Assembly: GCA_947623645.1 (NCBI GenBank)
Contig: CANQHK010000002.1
Span: 1 to 45,924 of the forward strand
Length of the DNA: 45,924 nt
Source of the DNA: an uncultured Bacilli bacterium
GTDB taxonomy: Bacteria > Bacillota_I > Bacilli_A > RF39 > UBA660
Reading direction: 5' to 3'
The position numbers and the translations under genes were made by a program. Below are positions 21,469 to 30,565 of this stretch, in pieces (the stretch's first letter is position 1; each line of letters begins with the position of its first letter). The notes below the pieces were generated by a model. It saw nothing but the letters and a program-made list of their open reading frames with translations. It searched no databases and was not told the origin of the DNA.

Positions 21469-23448
21469 AGCCTCTTCTTTTAATCGATCGATTAGTTCTT
21501 CTTTAGAAAGTTTAGTATATCCTTTAATCCCTTTCTCTTTTGCAAGTGTTTTAAGTTCTGAAAGAGATAACTCGTCGAAATCTTGTTCTTCTTTGATCAT
21601 ATCAATATCTTCTTCTGGCATTTTACCATGTTCAACAAGATAATCAATTTGTTCTTTGGTAATTGTTTCATATTCTAAAAGAGCATTGGCAATCGATTGA
21701 ACTAAATCTTGATTTTTACTTAAAATATCTTTTGCTTTTTCGTAACATTCATGAATAATCTTACGAACTTCTTCATCAATTTCATGTGCTACTTCATTGG
21801 AGAAGTTTTTACTTTTACTGTAATCTCTTCCTAAGAATACACTACCTTCTTGTTGTTCTAATTGAACCGGTCCTAAATCACTCATACCGTATTCAGTAAC
21901 CATCGCCCGAGCAATCTTGGTAGCTTTTTCAAAATCATTGTGTGCTCCGGTTGTAACTTCATGGAAACGAATTTCTTCAGAAACACGTCCACCAAGTAAA
22001 CCAGTAATTCTCTCTAATAATTCTGTCTTCGTTGCAAGATACGTTTCCTCTTTTGGCATCATGAGTGTATATCCACCTGCCTGCCCACGAGGAATAATCG
22101 TAATTTTTTGAACGTCATCAGCATGGTCTAACTTAATTCCAAGAACAGCATGACCTGCTTCATGATAAGCAACCACTTCTTTTTCATGTTCATTGTATTT
22201 ACGACTTGTTTTAGCAGGTCCACCAATAACACGGTCCGTTGCTTCATCAATTTCACTCATCGTAATACTTTCTTTATTTCGACGAACAGCAAGAAGTGCT
22301 GCTTCATTTAATAAGTTCTCCAAACTTGCTCCACTAAATCCAGGAGTTCTTTTTGCAATATTTTTAAGAGAAACCCCTTTTCCTAAAATTTTATTTTTAG
22401 CATGAACTTTTAAAATTTCTTCCCTTTCTCTTACATCTGGTAAATCAACCGTTACTTGTCGATCGAAACGACCTGGACGAAGAAGAGCGGGATCCAAAAC
22501 GTCTGCTCGGTTGGTTGCAGCAATAACGATAATTCCTTCATTTGCTCCAAATCCATCCATTTCTGTTAACAATTGATTTAAAGTTTGCTCTCTTTCATCG
22601 TGTCCACCACCAAGACCTGTTCCACGTTGACGTCCAACCGCATCGATTTCATCAATAAAGATTAAGCAAGGAGCATTATGCTTTGCTTGTTTAAACATAT
22701 CTCTTACACGGCTTGCACCGACACCAACAAAAAGTTCAACAAAGTCTGATCCACTAATATAGTAGAAAGGAACATTCGCTTCTCCTGCAACCGCTTTCGC
22801 AAGTAAAGTTTTACCAGTTCCAGGAGGACCTACCAATAAAACTCCTTTCGGAATTCTTGCTCCAAGTTTTTGGAACTTCTTCGGCATTTTTAAGAAATCA
22901 ATCAGTTCTCTTACCTCTTCTTTTTCTTCTTTTAAACCTGCAACATCTTGGAAAGTAACCTTATTTTCATCACTAACAAGTCTTGCTCTACTTCTTCCAA
23001 AGTCCATTGACTTATTTGCTCCACCCATTTGACGACTTAAAATGAAGAATGCACCACCAATTAAAATAGCAAATGGCAAAACGTTCACTAAAATAAGAAG
23101 CAAAGAACTAGATTCAGGATCTGTTTCTGTATCAAACTTAAATTCACTTTCAGCATTGTATTTCATAATTTCAGAAACAACACTATCGGTTAATGGTACT
23201 CGTACAAAAAATGTTTCTCTTTCATCATAAGAATTAAGTTTTCCACGAATTTCATAAACACTGGCTCTTGCTCTAGGTGTAATTGTAATATCTTCTACTT
23301 TCTTTTCCTCTAAATAACCAACGAGTTCATTGTACTCAATCATATGAACTTCTTGATTAAAAACGTTATAAAAATAGTAAATTCCTAACAACAACAAAAT
23401 CAAGAATAAATAAGGCAATAAACCTTTTTTAACATTTTTATTAATCAT
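21460..23448 (-). CDS. ftsH: ATP-dependent zinc metalloprotease FtsH with a C-terminal Rho_N/SAP-like tail
   Basis: 662 aa. Two N-terminal TM helices, AAA+ motif GPPGTGKT and zinc site HEAGHA. The C-terminal segment is [33 protein letters not shown]. Confidence 0.95.
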   Translation of the reverse strand: MINKNVKKGLLPYLFLILLLLGIYYFYNVFNQEVHMIEYNELVGYLEEKKVEDITITPRARASVYEIRGKLNSYDERETFFVRVPLTDSVVSEIMKYNAESEFKFDTETDPESSSLLLILVNVLPFAILIGGAFFILSRQMGGANKSMDFGRSRARLVSDENKVTFQDVAGLKEEKEEVRELIDFLKMPKKFQKLGARIPKGVLLVGPPGTGKTLLAKAVAGEANVPFYYISGSDFVELFVGVGASRVRDMFKQAKHNAPCLIFIDEIDAVGRQRGTGLGGGHDEREQTLNQLLTEMDGFGANEGIIVIAATNRADVLDPALLRPGRFDRQVTVDLPDVREREEILKVHAKNKILGKGVSLKNIAKRTPGFSGASLENLLNEAALLAVRRNKESITMSEIDEATDRVIGGPAKTSRKYNEHEKEVVAYHEAGHAVLGIKLDHADDVQKITIIPRGQAGGYTLMMPKEETYLATKTELLERITGLLGGRVSEEIRFHEVTTGAHNDFEKATKIARAMVTEYGMSDLGPVQLEQQEGSVFLGRDYSKSKNFSNEVAHEIDEEVRKIIHECYEKAKDILSKNQDLVQSIANALLEYETITKEQIDYLVEHGKMPEEDIDMIKEEQDFDELSLSELKTLAKEKGIKGYTKLSKEELIDRLKEEADQ

Positions 23449-23464
23449 CTATTTTCCTCCTTCA

Positions 23465-24790
23465 TCAGTAATATTTATATATTATATCACACTTTTCTGA
23501 TTTTTTCTTAACAAATTTACTTTTTTTTATACCAGGAATCCAAAGAATTCGATTTTTAGAGTCCACAACAATCGGCCACAATTCTCTTTCTTCCATAGGA
23601 ATCTTTTTATCAATAAAAATATCTTTCACTTTTTTGTGTCCATTCATCCCTAATAAATCCATTTTATCTCCGTGTTTTCTAGTTCGAACATAGAGAGGAA
23701 GGGTAATTTCACGAGAATTTAATCTACAAATATCATTCCCGTTTTCTTTTGTATCATCCACTCTTTGCAAATGTTTTTTATTAGGGAGAATTGCGTAACT
23801 AGAAAGTTCCATTTCATAATTATCCACTGCTTGAATTTCATCGACAATCTTTAATAAGTTATACTCTTTGACAATTTTAATATTGTTGGGTAAATAAATA
23901 TAAGAATTTTTCTTAGAAGATGCAATCAAATCAAATATCAAAGCTACATGGCGATCATGAAGAATCATCGTATCATCATGATAAATTTCTTCTAAAACCC
24001 GGTACATCATCTTTTCTTGAACCAATCGATCAAGTTCTAAAAACGAAGGAATATCCAGTTGTTTGTCATGATAAACCTTATGATAAACTTTTTCTACTTG
24101 ACGATCTAAAAAAGCACTATATTCGTATAAAGTCTTACTAAATTTTAAAAACTTCTCATGAACTTGTGGATCTTCCTGTTTTAAAAAAGGTAAAACATTC
24201 TTCCGGTAGCGATTTCTTGTATACTTGCTTTTAAAATTAGATTTATCTATAACATAAGGAACTTTATATTCCCACAAGAAATCTTCAATTTCTTTTTTAG
24301 TAACAAAAATCAGTGGTCTTAAAATCTTATAGTCTGCCATTTCTACGATGCTATGGAATCCACTATATCCCTTTAAAGTAGATCCTCTTACGATACGCAT
24401 TAAAATCGTTTCTATCAAATCGTCCCCATGATGTGCTGTCATAAGGTATTGAGCATGATATTTATGAACAATATTTTCAAAAAAAGTATATCGAATGGTT
24501 CTTGCTTCATTATGAAAGTTATCATCACTATATTTTTCAATTTTCATAGATTCAAATACAACATCATTTTTCAAACACCAATCTTCTAAAAAAATTGCTT
24601 CCTTAGCACTTTCTCTTCGGACATTGTGATTAACATGTGCAACAACAATCGAAAAATCAATTTGTTTTCTAAGAAGAGTTAAAATAAACAAAAGTGCCAT
24701 AGAATCCGGTCCTCCAGAAACTCCAACAACAACGACATCTGTACTTTTTAAATCTACTTTATGAAGTAAAAAATCATATACTTTTTCCAT
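23465..24790 (-). CDS. tilS: tRNA(Ile)-lysidine synthase
   Basis: 441 aa. PP-loop VGVSGGPDSMAL. It sits upstream of ftsH, as in Bacillus. Confidence 0.9.
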   Translation of the reverse strand: MEKVYDFLLHKVDLKSTDVVVVGVSGGPDSMALLFILTLLRKQIDFSIVVAHVNHNVRRESAKEAIFLEDWCLKNDVVFESMKIEKYSDDNFHNEARTIRYTFFENIVHKYHAQYLMTAHHGDDLIETILMRIVRGSTLKGYSGFHSIVEMADYKILRPLIFVTKKEIEDFLWEYKVPYVIDKSNFKSKYTRNRYRKNVLPFLKQEDPQVHEKFLKFSKTLYEYSAFLDRQVEKVYHKVYHDKQLDIPSFLELDRLVQEKMMYRVLEEIYHDDTMILHDRHVALIFDLIASSKKNSYIYLPNNIKIVKEYNLLKIVDEIQAVDNYEMELSSYAILPNKKHLQRVDDTKENGNDICRLNSREITLPLYVRTRKHGDKMDLLGMNGHKKVKDIFIDKKIPMEERELWPIVVDSKNRILWIPGIKKSKFVKKKSEKCDIIYKYY

Positions 24791-24856
24791 AAAAGTTTTC
24801 TTCCTTTCAACATTCTACTTACCTTTCAAAAAAAAAGAAAGACCATAACTGTTTTT

Positions 24857-25159
24857 CTATTCTTCTGGAATCCGAATAATAACTTCTCCCTCTTTTGAAT
24901 AATTATATTTTTCTCTTGCATATCGACCTTGATATTCAGGATCTTGCAATTTTTCAACATCAACAGTAAGTGCTGCTTCTTTTTCTTTTAATTCTACTAA
25001 TTCTTCCGCCAAATTTGCTTTTTCTTGATACTTTGCAGCAATCTCTACCCAATATTTACCAATGGTAACTCCAAGAACAATAATAAGCCCAACACAAACA
25101 GGAACAAATAATAACATTCTTGCCCGAAATTTTCTTTTTTGACGTGTCTTTTTGCTCAT
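24857..25159 (-). CDS. divIC: Septum formation initiator (DivIC/FtsB family)
   Basis: Basic N-terminus, one TM helix, then a coiled coil (AAKYQEKANLAEELVELKEKEAALTVDVEKLQDPEY). It follows yabQ, as in Bacillus. The likely start is MSKKTRQ at 25159. Confidence 0.7.
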   Translation of the reverse strand: MSKKTRQKRKFRARMLLFVPVCVGLIIVLGVTIGKYWVEIAAKYQEKANLAEELVELKEKEAALTVDVEKLQDPEYQGRYAREKYNYSKEGEVIIRIPEE

Positions 25160-25264
25160 TACAAGAATCACCACCCTTTTTATACAAAACTATTATAAAT
25201 AGCAAAAAAAAATATTTCAAGTAAATTCTGAAATATTTTAACAACTTTACATCAAAAATGTAAA

Positions 25265-25540
25265 CTAATACCTTCGGACCTTTCGAGCATAAAAACTGCC
25301 AAACCAAAAGCCTAAAATAATCATTATTAAAAAATATATATGTAGAACCCCTGAATTAATCATTCTCAACAAAATAAAATAAAAAAGCACATGAACTAAA
25401 ACAAACAATAAATTGATAACAACTTTCATCCATTTTCTACTTGAAAAAAGATACCGATAATTAAGATTCACCATAAAGGAAAAGAAAAAACCAAATGCAA
25501 AGGAAAAAATAAGACTTTGTAACTGCACTTCCAATGGCAT
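25265..25540 (-). CDS. yabQ: Spore cortex biosynthesis protein YabQ
   Basis: 91-aa membrane protein with the pattern ...INSGVLHIYFLIMIILGF..., like YabQ (NEGELRIYIFL). Its start overlaps the yabP stop. Confidence 0.7.
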   Translation of the reverse strand: MPLEVQLQSLIFSFAFGFFFSFMVNLNYRYLFSSRKWMKVVINLLFVLVHVLFYFILLRMINSGVLHIYFLIMIILGFWFGSFYARKVRRY

Positions 25541-25830
25541 TATTTAAATAGCCTTCCTATAAAAGTATTATCCTTATCTTTTTTTACACCATCATCAACA
25601 TAAGCAAAAGATTTCAAAAGTCCTTTGATAGAAACGTTCCCTTGCATTGTATCAAGTTTTAAAAGTTCCATATCACTTCCCTTTAAAACTAAATAACCCA
25701 TAACTGTTTCCATTAAAAACTCTTCATCGTCAAAACTTTCAATTTTCTTAACTCCTGTAACTAAAATACTTTTTCTTTCAACAATTGTAATGCTATGATT
25801 ATAATTTGGCAAACTTGTATCCTTGTCCAT
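25540..25830 (-). CDS. yabP: Sporulation protein YabP
   Basis: 96 aa. LVTGVKKIESFDDEEFLMETVMGYLVLKGSDMELLKLDTMQGNVSIKG matches the YabP/YqfC family. Confidence 0.85.
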   Translation of the reverse strand: MDKDTSLPNYNHSITIVERKSILVTGVKKIESFDDEEFLMETVMGYLVLKGSDMELLKLDTMQGNVSIKGLLKSFAYVDDGVKKDKDNTFIGRLFK

Positions 25831-25895
25831 AATTTTCCACCTTTCTAATAAAGTGTATGTCCAAGAATAAAAAATATGAAAAAAAAAGAAAGCGA

Positions 25896-26168
25896 TTACT
25901 CACTTTCTGGAGCTTCTGCTTCGTTATATGCTTTTAAGATTTCATCTTCAAACATAGCACGAACTTCTGGGTTAATTGGATGAGCAACATCTCTATATTC
26001 ACCAGAATTTGTTTTCTTGCTAGGCATAGCAATGAACAATCCCTTGTCTCCTTCAATAATACGAATGTCATGTACTGCGAAACAATCATCTAATAATACA
26101 GATGCAATTCCCTTCATACGAGAACCTTCTTTCTCGATTTTACGTACATTAACAGATGTAATTTTCAT
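25896..26168 (-). CDS. spoVG: Septation/sporulation regulator SpoVG
   Basis: MKITSVNVRKIEKEGSRMKGIASVLLDDCFAVHDIRIIEGDKGLFIAMPSKK is canonical SpoVG. The start is ATG 26168, behind GAAGGAGGAG. The ORF-track start is 26195. Confidence 0.95.
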   Translation of the reverse strand: MKITSVNVRKIEKEGSRMKGIASVLLDDCFAVHDIRIIEGDKGLFIAMPSKKTNSGEYRDVAHPINPEVRAMFEDEILKAYNEAEAPESE

Positions 26169-26206
26169 ATAGTCTCCTCCTTCTAAAGTTTTCACTTTAC
26201 ATGTAT

Positions 26207-26235
26207 ATCATATACCAATTATTGGGAAATTGCAA
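26207..26235 (-). promoter_or_regulatory. Candidate sigma-A promoter for spoVG
   Basis: On the minus strand: TTGCAA (26235-26230), a 17-nt spacer, then TATGAT (26212-26207), about 40 nt upstream of the spoVG start. Confidence 0.4.
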
Positions 26236-26261
26236 GAAAAGTTGAAAAAAAATTAAAAATT

Positions 26262-26489
26262 TTAAGAATCGATATCTTCAAACACTAGATTTTCAATTAA
26301 TACATCGGAATAACTATAAGATTTAACACGATTATCGGAAAAAGAATGAACTAAAAATACCCCCCGAAAAGTATCGGTAATGACTCCTTGAAAATCATCT
26401 ACTTGCCCTCTGCTTCCACGAAAACAAAAATGAAGAGTTTCTCCTTTTCTCTTTTGAATATCTTCCCGAATTTTTTCAATGTTCATCAT
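26262..26489 (-). CDS. veg: Veg protein (biofilm/sporulation-associated small DNA-binding protein)
   Basis: 75 aa. ...FRGVFLVHSFSDNRVKSYSYSDVLIENLVF resembles B. subtilis Veg (...[33 protein letters not shown]). Its start overlaps the yabG stop (ATGA). Confidence 0.85.
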   Translation of the reverse strand: MMNIEKIREDIQKRKGETLHFCFRGSRGQVDDFQGVITDTFRGVFLVHSFSDNRVKSYSYSDVLIENLVFEDIDS

Positions 26490-27010
26490 CTTGGATACCC
26501 CACATACATTGCACCTTTTGTCATAACTCCCCCAACACCATCTTTCCCATATTTTGTCTTTTCAATAATATGAATTAAATCCAAAACCTGATTTCTATCA
26601 GACAAAGCAATACTACTAGCAAGAATAGCAGGATCCAGAGCATGAATATTGACTCGCTTCGGACTTGATGCAAATGTTGCACCTGCTTTAATCAACTCTT
26701 CATAATCACTTTGACAAGCACCAGCAATAATTGCAAGCTTATCCGGACTCTTTTCATAATTTCGAGCAACTTTTACCGCATCTACAAAATAAAGAGAGTT
26801 CTTATAGTTTTGAATATCTGTCTTACTCCCTTTTCTTTTATAATAAGCATCATGTCCTGTAATCACAACAATATCTGGATTTAATTCTTCCAAATAATGT
26901 CCAATTTCTTCTCCGATATTTTCTTCTTCAATACATGCTCCATATGCCATAATATGAAATTTCTGATAAAATTTTAAACATCGATTTAAATAATCTTCAT
27001 CCCCGTCTGC
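26486..27010 (-). CDS. yabG: yabG 3' segment (C-terminal ~172 codons of the sporulation-specific protease YabG, peptidase U57); split gene
   Basis: The ORF-track protein carries IVVITGHDAYYKRKG, IIAGACQSDYEELIKAGATFASSPKRVNIHALDP. Extending the frame upstream of the annotated Met gives *QESADGDEDYLNRCLKFYQKFHIMAYGAC, which matches B. subtilis YabG ...LDGDEAYLKKCLNVYKKIGVPVYGIHC. There is no start codon or RBS at the true N-boundary. Confidence 0.88.
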   Translation of the reverse strand, partial: ADGDEDYLNRCLKFYQKFHIMAYGACIEEENIGEEIGHYLEELNPDIVVITGHDAYYKRKGSKTDIQNYKNSLYFVDAVKVARNYEKSPDKLAIIAGACQSDYEELIKAGATFASSPKRVNIHALDPAILASSIALSDRNQVLDLIHIIEKTKYGKDGVGGVMTKGAMYVGYPR

Positions 27011-27019
27011 TGATTCTTG

Positions 27020-27028
27020 TTAAGTAAC
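27020..27028. repeat. Left element-side inverted repeat TTAAGTAAC (putative recombinase-binding arm)
   Basis: TTAAGTAAC at 27020-27028 is the exact reverse complement of GTTACTTAA at 40536-40544. In the excised circle the two would flank the core with a 21-nt spacer centred on the shared GC of the core. Confidence 0.55.
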
Positions 27029-27166
27029 TTTGTAGGTTTTAAATAAAGGCAACTCTTTGCCATAATGGAGATTTAAGGAATTTCTGGATTTTTTATATTT
27101 ATATTACAGAATTATCTTCTTGAACTGTCCTAATATATACTACCTTTCTTCTAATTATATATCTTC

Positions 27167-28729
27167 CTAATACAACTTTATTTTTTTAGGAGCTCCTAAT
27201 TCAAATCGAAATGATAATTTTAATGTATTATCGCTATAAACTATAATTTCTTTTATCCAATCTCGAACACTATTGTTTACAAATTCATCATTATTTATAA
27301 ACTGACTATATTTTTCAATCATTTCTTCTCTTCGTATTTTTTCATTTTTGGATTCCATTATTTTTTTTAACATTTGCTCGGATTGTTCTTTCTGTTTTAC
27401 TTCTTTTTCTTTTCTTTCAACAAATTCATTTAAAGTGATTTCTCCTGTAGTCTTTTTCAAATACAGATTTCGAATATTAGCGTTATGAAATTCAATATCT
27501 TCTTTTAAATTCGATATTTTCAAATCAAGTCTTTCATTTTTTAATAGATCTTTCGTTACTTTAGAAACAATTTTTTCTGAATCAACATAGGTATTCATAA
27601 TATCTTTCAAATTTTCTTTAACAATTGTCCTTAATCGAGAATCTGCTATCTTTCTGTTTTTACAACGCTTTCTATTAACAACTTTCCCACATCCAAAATA
27701 ATATTGTTCTTTTCTATCATTTTTTTGAACTCTACATGGAGTCATTGCTCTTCCACAAGTACCACAAATAACTAAACCACTAAATAAACCACAATAATCT
27801 TTTTTTTCTCTTTTTTTAATTTGTTTTAATTTCCTGTTAGCTTCTTCAAACAATTCATCATATATAATCGCAGGATGACAATTTTCTATTGTTTCCCAAT
27901 CTCTTATAGGTATTCCTTGTCTTTGTTTTTGATGATAGTCTTGCTTCATTGATTTTCTTTTAACAATTCTTCCTGTATAGGTTTGATTCTTCAATATTCT
28001 ATAAATAACATTACTAGACCAATCATAGTAATATTTTTTCTTTTTACTAGGTGTCATTTTCATATAAAGTATAGGAGGTAAAATTTTATCTTTATTTAAC
28101 CCATCTGCTACTTCTTGTCTAGTTTTCCCACTTGCTACTTCCGTAAAAATTCTCTTCACTATATTTGCAGCTTCTTCATCTACTTCAAGAAATCTTTGAT
28201 CTTTCATTTTCTTGATTCTATATCCATAAGGTGCCATAAATCCAATAAATTGTCCTTCTTCAGTTTTTGCCATTGCTACTTGTTTTCTTTTTATGGATGC
28301 CTCTTTAACATATCGATCATTAATTAAAGAACGTATTCCAAACATTATTTGTTGTTCACTATCTCCAAGATTATTGCTATCAAAACAATCATTAATAGCA
28401 ATATATCGAACATTATATTTAGGAAAATACTCACTTATATAATAGGCAGTTTCTAAAAAATTTCTTCCTAATCTAGACATATCTTTCGTTACAACGATAC
28501 CAATGAAACCACTTTCAATATCTTCTTTTAACTTTTCAAATCCAGGTCGTTCAAAGTTAATTCCCGAATACCCATCATCAATATATTCTTTGTCCACTAT
28601 CAATCCCATACTTTTAACATAAGATTTTATAAAATTCAATTGATTGTATATACTAGATGAATATTCCTTTTCTTTAACTAAATCTTCCTGAGATAATCGC
28701 CCATAAGAAACAGTTAATCTATTATCCAT
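27167..28729 (-). CDS. Large serine recombinase (TnpX/TndX/SpoIVCA-like)
   Basis: N-terminal resolvase domain YGRLSQED...DDGYSGINFERPGF...VVTKDMSRLGRN, a recombinase domain, a Cys-rich zinc ribbon (CGTCGRAM...GCGK...C) and a C-terminal coiled coil. The likely start ATG at 28729 overlaps the upstream recombinase stop (TATGGATAA). Confidence 0.9.
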   Translation of the reverse strand: MDNRLTVSYGRLSQEDLVKEKEYSSSIYNQLNFIKSYVKSMGLIVDKEYIDDGYSGINFERPGFEKLKEDIESGFIGIVVTKDMSRLGRNFLETAYYISEYFPKYNVRYIAINDCFDSNNLGDSEQQIMFGIRSLINDRYVKEASIKRKQVAMAKTEEGQFIGFMAPYGYRIKKMKDQRFLEVDEEAANIVKRIFTEVASGKTRQEVADGLNKDKILPPILYMKMTPSKKKKYYYDWSSNVIYRILKNQTYTGRIVKRKSMKQDYHQKQRQGIPIRDWETIENCHPAIIYDELFEEANRKLKQIKKREKKDYCGLFSGLVICGTCGRAMTPCRVQKNDRKEQYYFGCGKVVNRKRCKNRKIADSRLRTIVKENLKDIMNTYVDSEKIVSKVTKDLLKNERLDLKISNLKEDIEFHNANIRNLYLKKTTGEITLNEFVERKEKEVKQKEQSEQMLKKIMESKNEKIRREEMIEKYSQFINNDEFVNNSVRDWIKEIIVYSDNTLKLSFRFELGAPKKIKLY

Positions 28730-30311
28730 AGTTAACCTCATTTATATTAAAATTAAAGAAAATTTTAACGGTTTTATCTTCATGGATTTCGATTCTATGA
28801 ATCAATGTCCTTAAAACTTCTTTATCAAAATTTTTTGTTTTTAAAAATTCAGAAATGTATTTTCTTTTCGTTTTTTCGTCCGTTAAAATGTTCTTTAGCT
28901 TTCTTATGAATATTTTTAAATCTGCTATTTTTTCTTCACATTTTTCTCTATCTTGCTCTAAATCTCTTTTTATTCCAAAAAATTCATCCTTAGAAATAAT
29001 ATTATTTGCTCGATCCTTATATAAATTGCTAATAGCCTTATCAATCGTAATCATTTTGGATTGATAATTATTTAAAGCATTTTCATATTTACTTAAAACA
29101 TTAAAATTACATAAAGAGGTTTCATATTTTTTTTCTAAAGATTCATTATTAGAATACTTGATTAAAATTGTTCTAATTTCCTTTAAAACAAGATCATTCA
29201 AATCTTCTTCTCTATAATAATGCATTGTGCATACATGATTACGATAAGTTGCATAGGTTCTACACAGATATATTGGAGTAATTTTTGTAGAGCTCTTCTG
29301 CCCTTTTACGCGTCGTACTAACATCGTCTTACCACAATCACCACAAACAACGAATCCTTTTAATAAATAATCATATTTTCGATGTCGTATATCCGTTCCT
29401 CTTTTGGGAGAATTAACTCTTTCAAAAATTTCGGGAGAAATAATTTGAGGTAATACTCCTTTTTTTATTATCCACTTACTTCTTGGCAGTAATCTTTTCT
29501 TTTTCGACTTCAAGCTAACTCTTTCATATTTTCCTTGAATCAAAGTTCCTATATAAGCTTCATTTTCTAATATATGTTTAACAGAAGAGGCCTTCCATAT
29601 ATTTGTAGTTATCGTGACTTTTTTCATTTTCTTGCCTCTATAAACATCTGGAGGTTGAATCCCTTCCTTTGTTAAAATTCTTGCAATCCTTCCTTCCGAT
29701 TGTCCTCTATCTTTTAATTCAAAGATTTTTTGAACAATTGGTGCAGCATATTCATCAATAACAAGTAGTTTACTATTTTCTTCTGATCTTTTATATCCAA
29801 AAGGAACAGAACTACCTACAAATTCTCCTTTTTTCATCATATCGTGTCGAACACTTTTAATTTTTTTTGATATATCTTTTAAATACATATCATTGATAAC
29901 TGCCTTAAAAGGAATTATATCTTCTACTCCATTAGGAGTTAAAGAGTCATAATTATCCAATATAGCAATATATCGAATATTATGTTCTGGAAAATACTTA
30001 AATACATAATTGCCCGTTTCTATAAACTCTCTACCTAATCTAGACATATCTTTTGTAATTACACAATCGATTACACCATTTTCAATGTCATTTATTAGTT
30101 GGCGAAAAGCAGGTCTATCAAAATTACCACCAGAATATCCATCATCAACATAGTAATCATATATTTCAATATTGTTTTTCAAAGCAAAATCTTTTATAAA
30201 TGCTCTTTGATTTTTGATACTTATACTTTCATTATTTTTATTATCATCTTCTATTGAAAGCCTTAGATATCCTCCTGCTTTGTATGTTTTATCAGTTAAG
30301 CAATTGTTCAT
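28722..30311 (-). CDS. Large serine recombinase (second, paralogous)
   Basis: YLRLSIEDD...DDGYSGGNFDRPAF...VITKDMSRLGRE, zinc ribbon CGDCGKTM...C and a coiled-coil C-terminus. The likely start is MNNCL at 30311, behind AGAGAGGGTG. The ORF-track start is 30353. Confidence 0.9.
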   Translation of the reverse strand: MNNCLTDKTYKAGGYLRLSIEDDNKNNESISIKNQRAFIKDFALKNNIEIYDYYVDDGYSGGNFDRPAFRQLINDIENGVIDCVITKDMSRLGREFIETGNYVFKYFPEHNIRYIAILDNYDSLTPNGVEDIIPFKAVINDMYLKDISKKIKSVRHDMMKKGEFVGSSVPFGYKRSEENSKLLVIDEYAAPIVQKIFELKDRGQSEGRIARILTKEGIQPPDVYRGKKMKKVTITTNIWKASSVKHILENEAYIGTLIQGKYERVSLKSKKKRLLPRSKWIIKKGVLPQIISPEIFERVNSPKRGTDIRHRKYDYLLKGFVVCGDCGKTMLVRRVKGQKSSTKITPIYLCRTYATYRNHVCTMHYYREEDLNDLVLKEIRTILIKYSNNESLEKKYETSLCNFNVLSKYENALNNYQSKMITIDKAISNLYKDRANNIISKDEFFGIKRDLEQDREKCEEKIADLKIFIRKLKNILTDEKTKRKYISEFLKTKNFDKEVLRTLIHRIEIHEDKTVKIFFNFNINEVNYG

Positions 30312-30394
30312 TTGCACCCTCTCTTTCTTCCTAACTAACTCCACATAATACAATCATTATAAATTGCCTATAAATTTATTTCCAATGTATAAAT

Positions 30395-30520
30395 TTATTG
30401 ATATTTTCCTTCTCGCAGTGTTGACTTCAAATATATTTCAAATGCTTCTAAAATTTTTTCTTGAATTGTTGGAGCATCTTCATCAAAAACACATATAACT
30501 AATTCCTTGCTTTTATTCAT
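30395..30520 (-). CDS. Small unannotated ORF (41 aa) heading the recombinase module; candidate accessory/directionality factor
   Basis: My own translation is MNKSKELVICVFDEDAPTIQEKILEAFEIYLKSTLREGKYQ*. A strong RBS (AGAGGAGGGA) lies 5 nt upstream of ATG 30520. The ORF is below the ORF-track size cutoff. The function is pure inference from position. Confidence 0.4.
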   Translation of the reverse strand: MNKSKELVICVFDEDAPTIQEKILEAFEIYLKSTLREGKYQ

Positions 30521-30565
30521 AGTATCCCTCCTCTTTAAACTTATGAATTTTTTCTTAATTAATGA

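Noticed and set aside
25056-25307. ORF 25056..25307 (-) bridging divIC and yabQ
   Set aside because: It overlaps two genes that have family support and spans their intergenic promoter region. It has no RBS.
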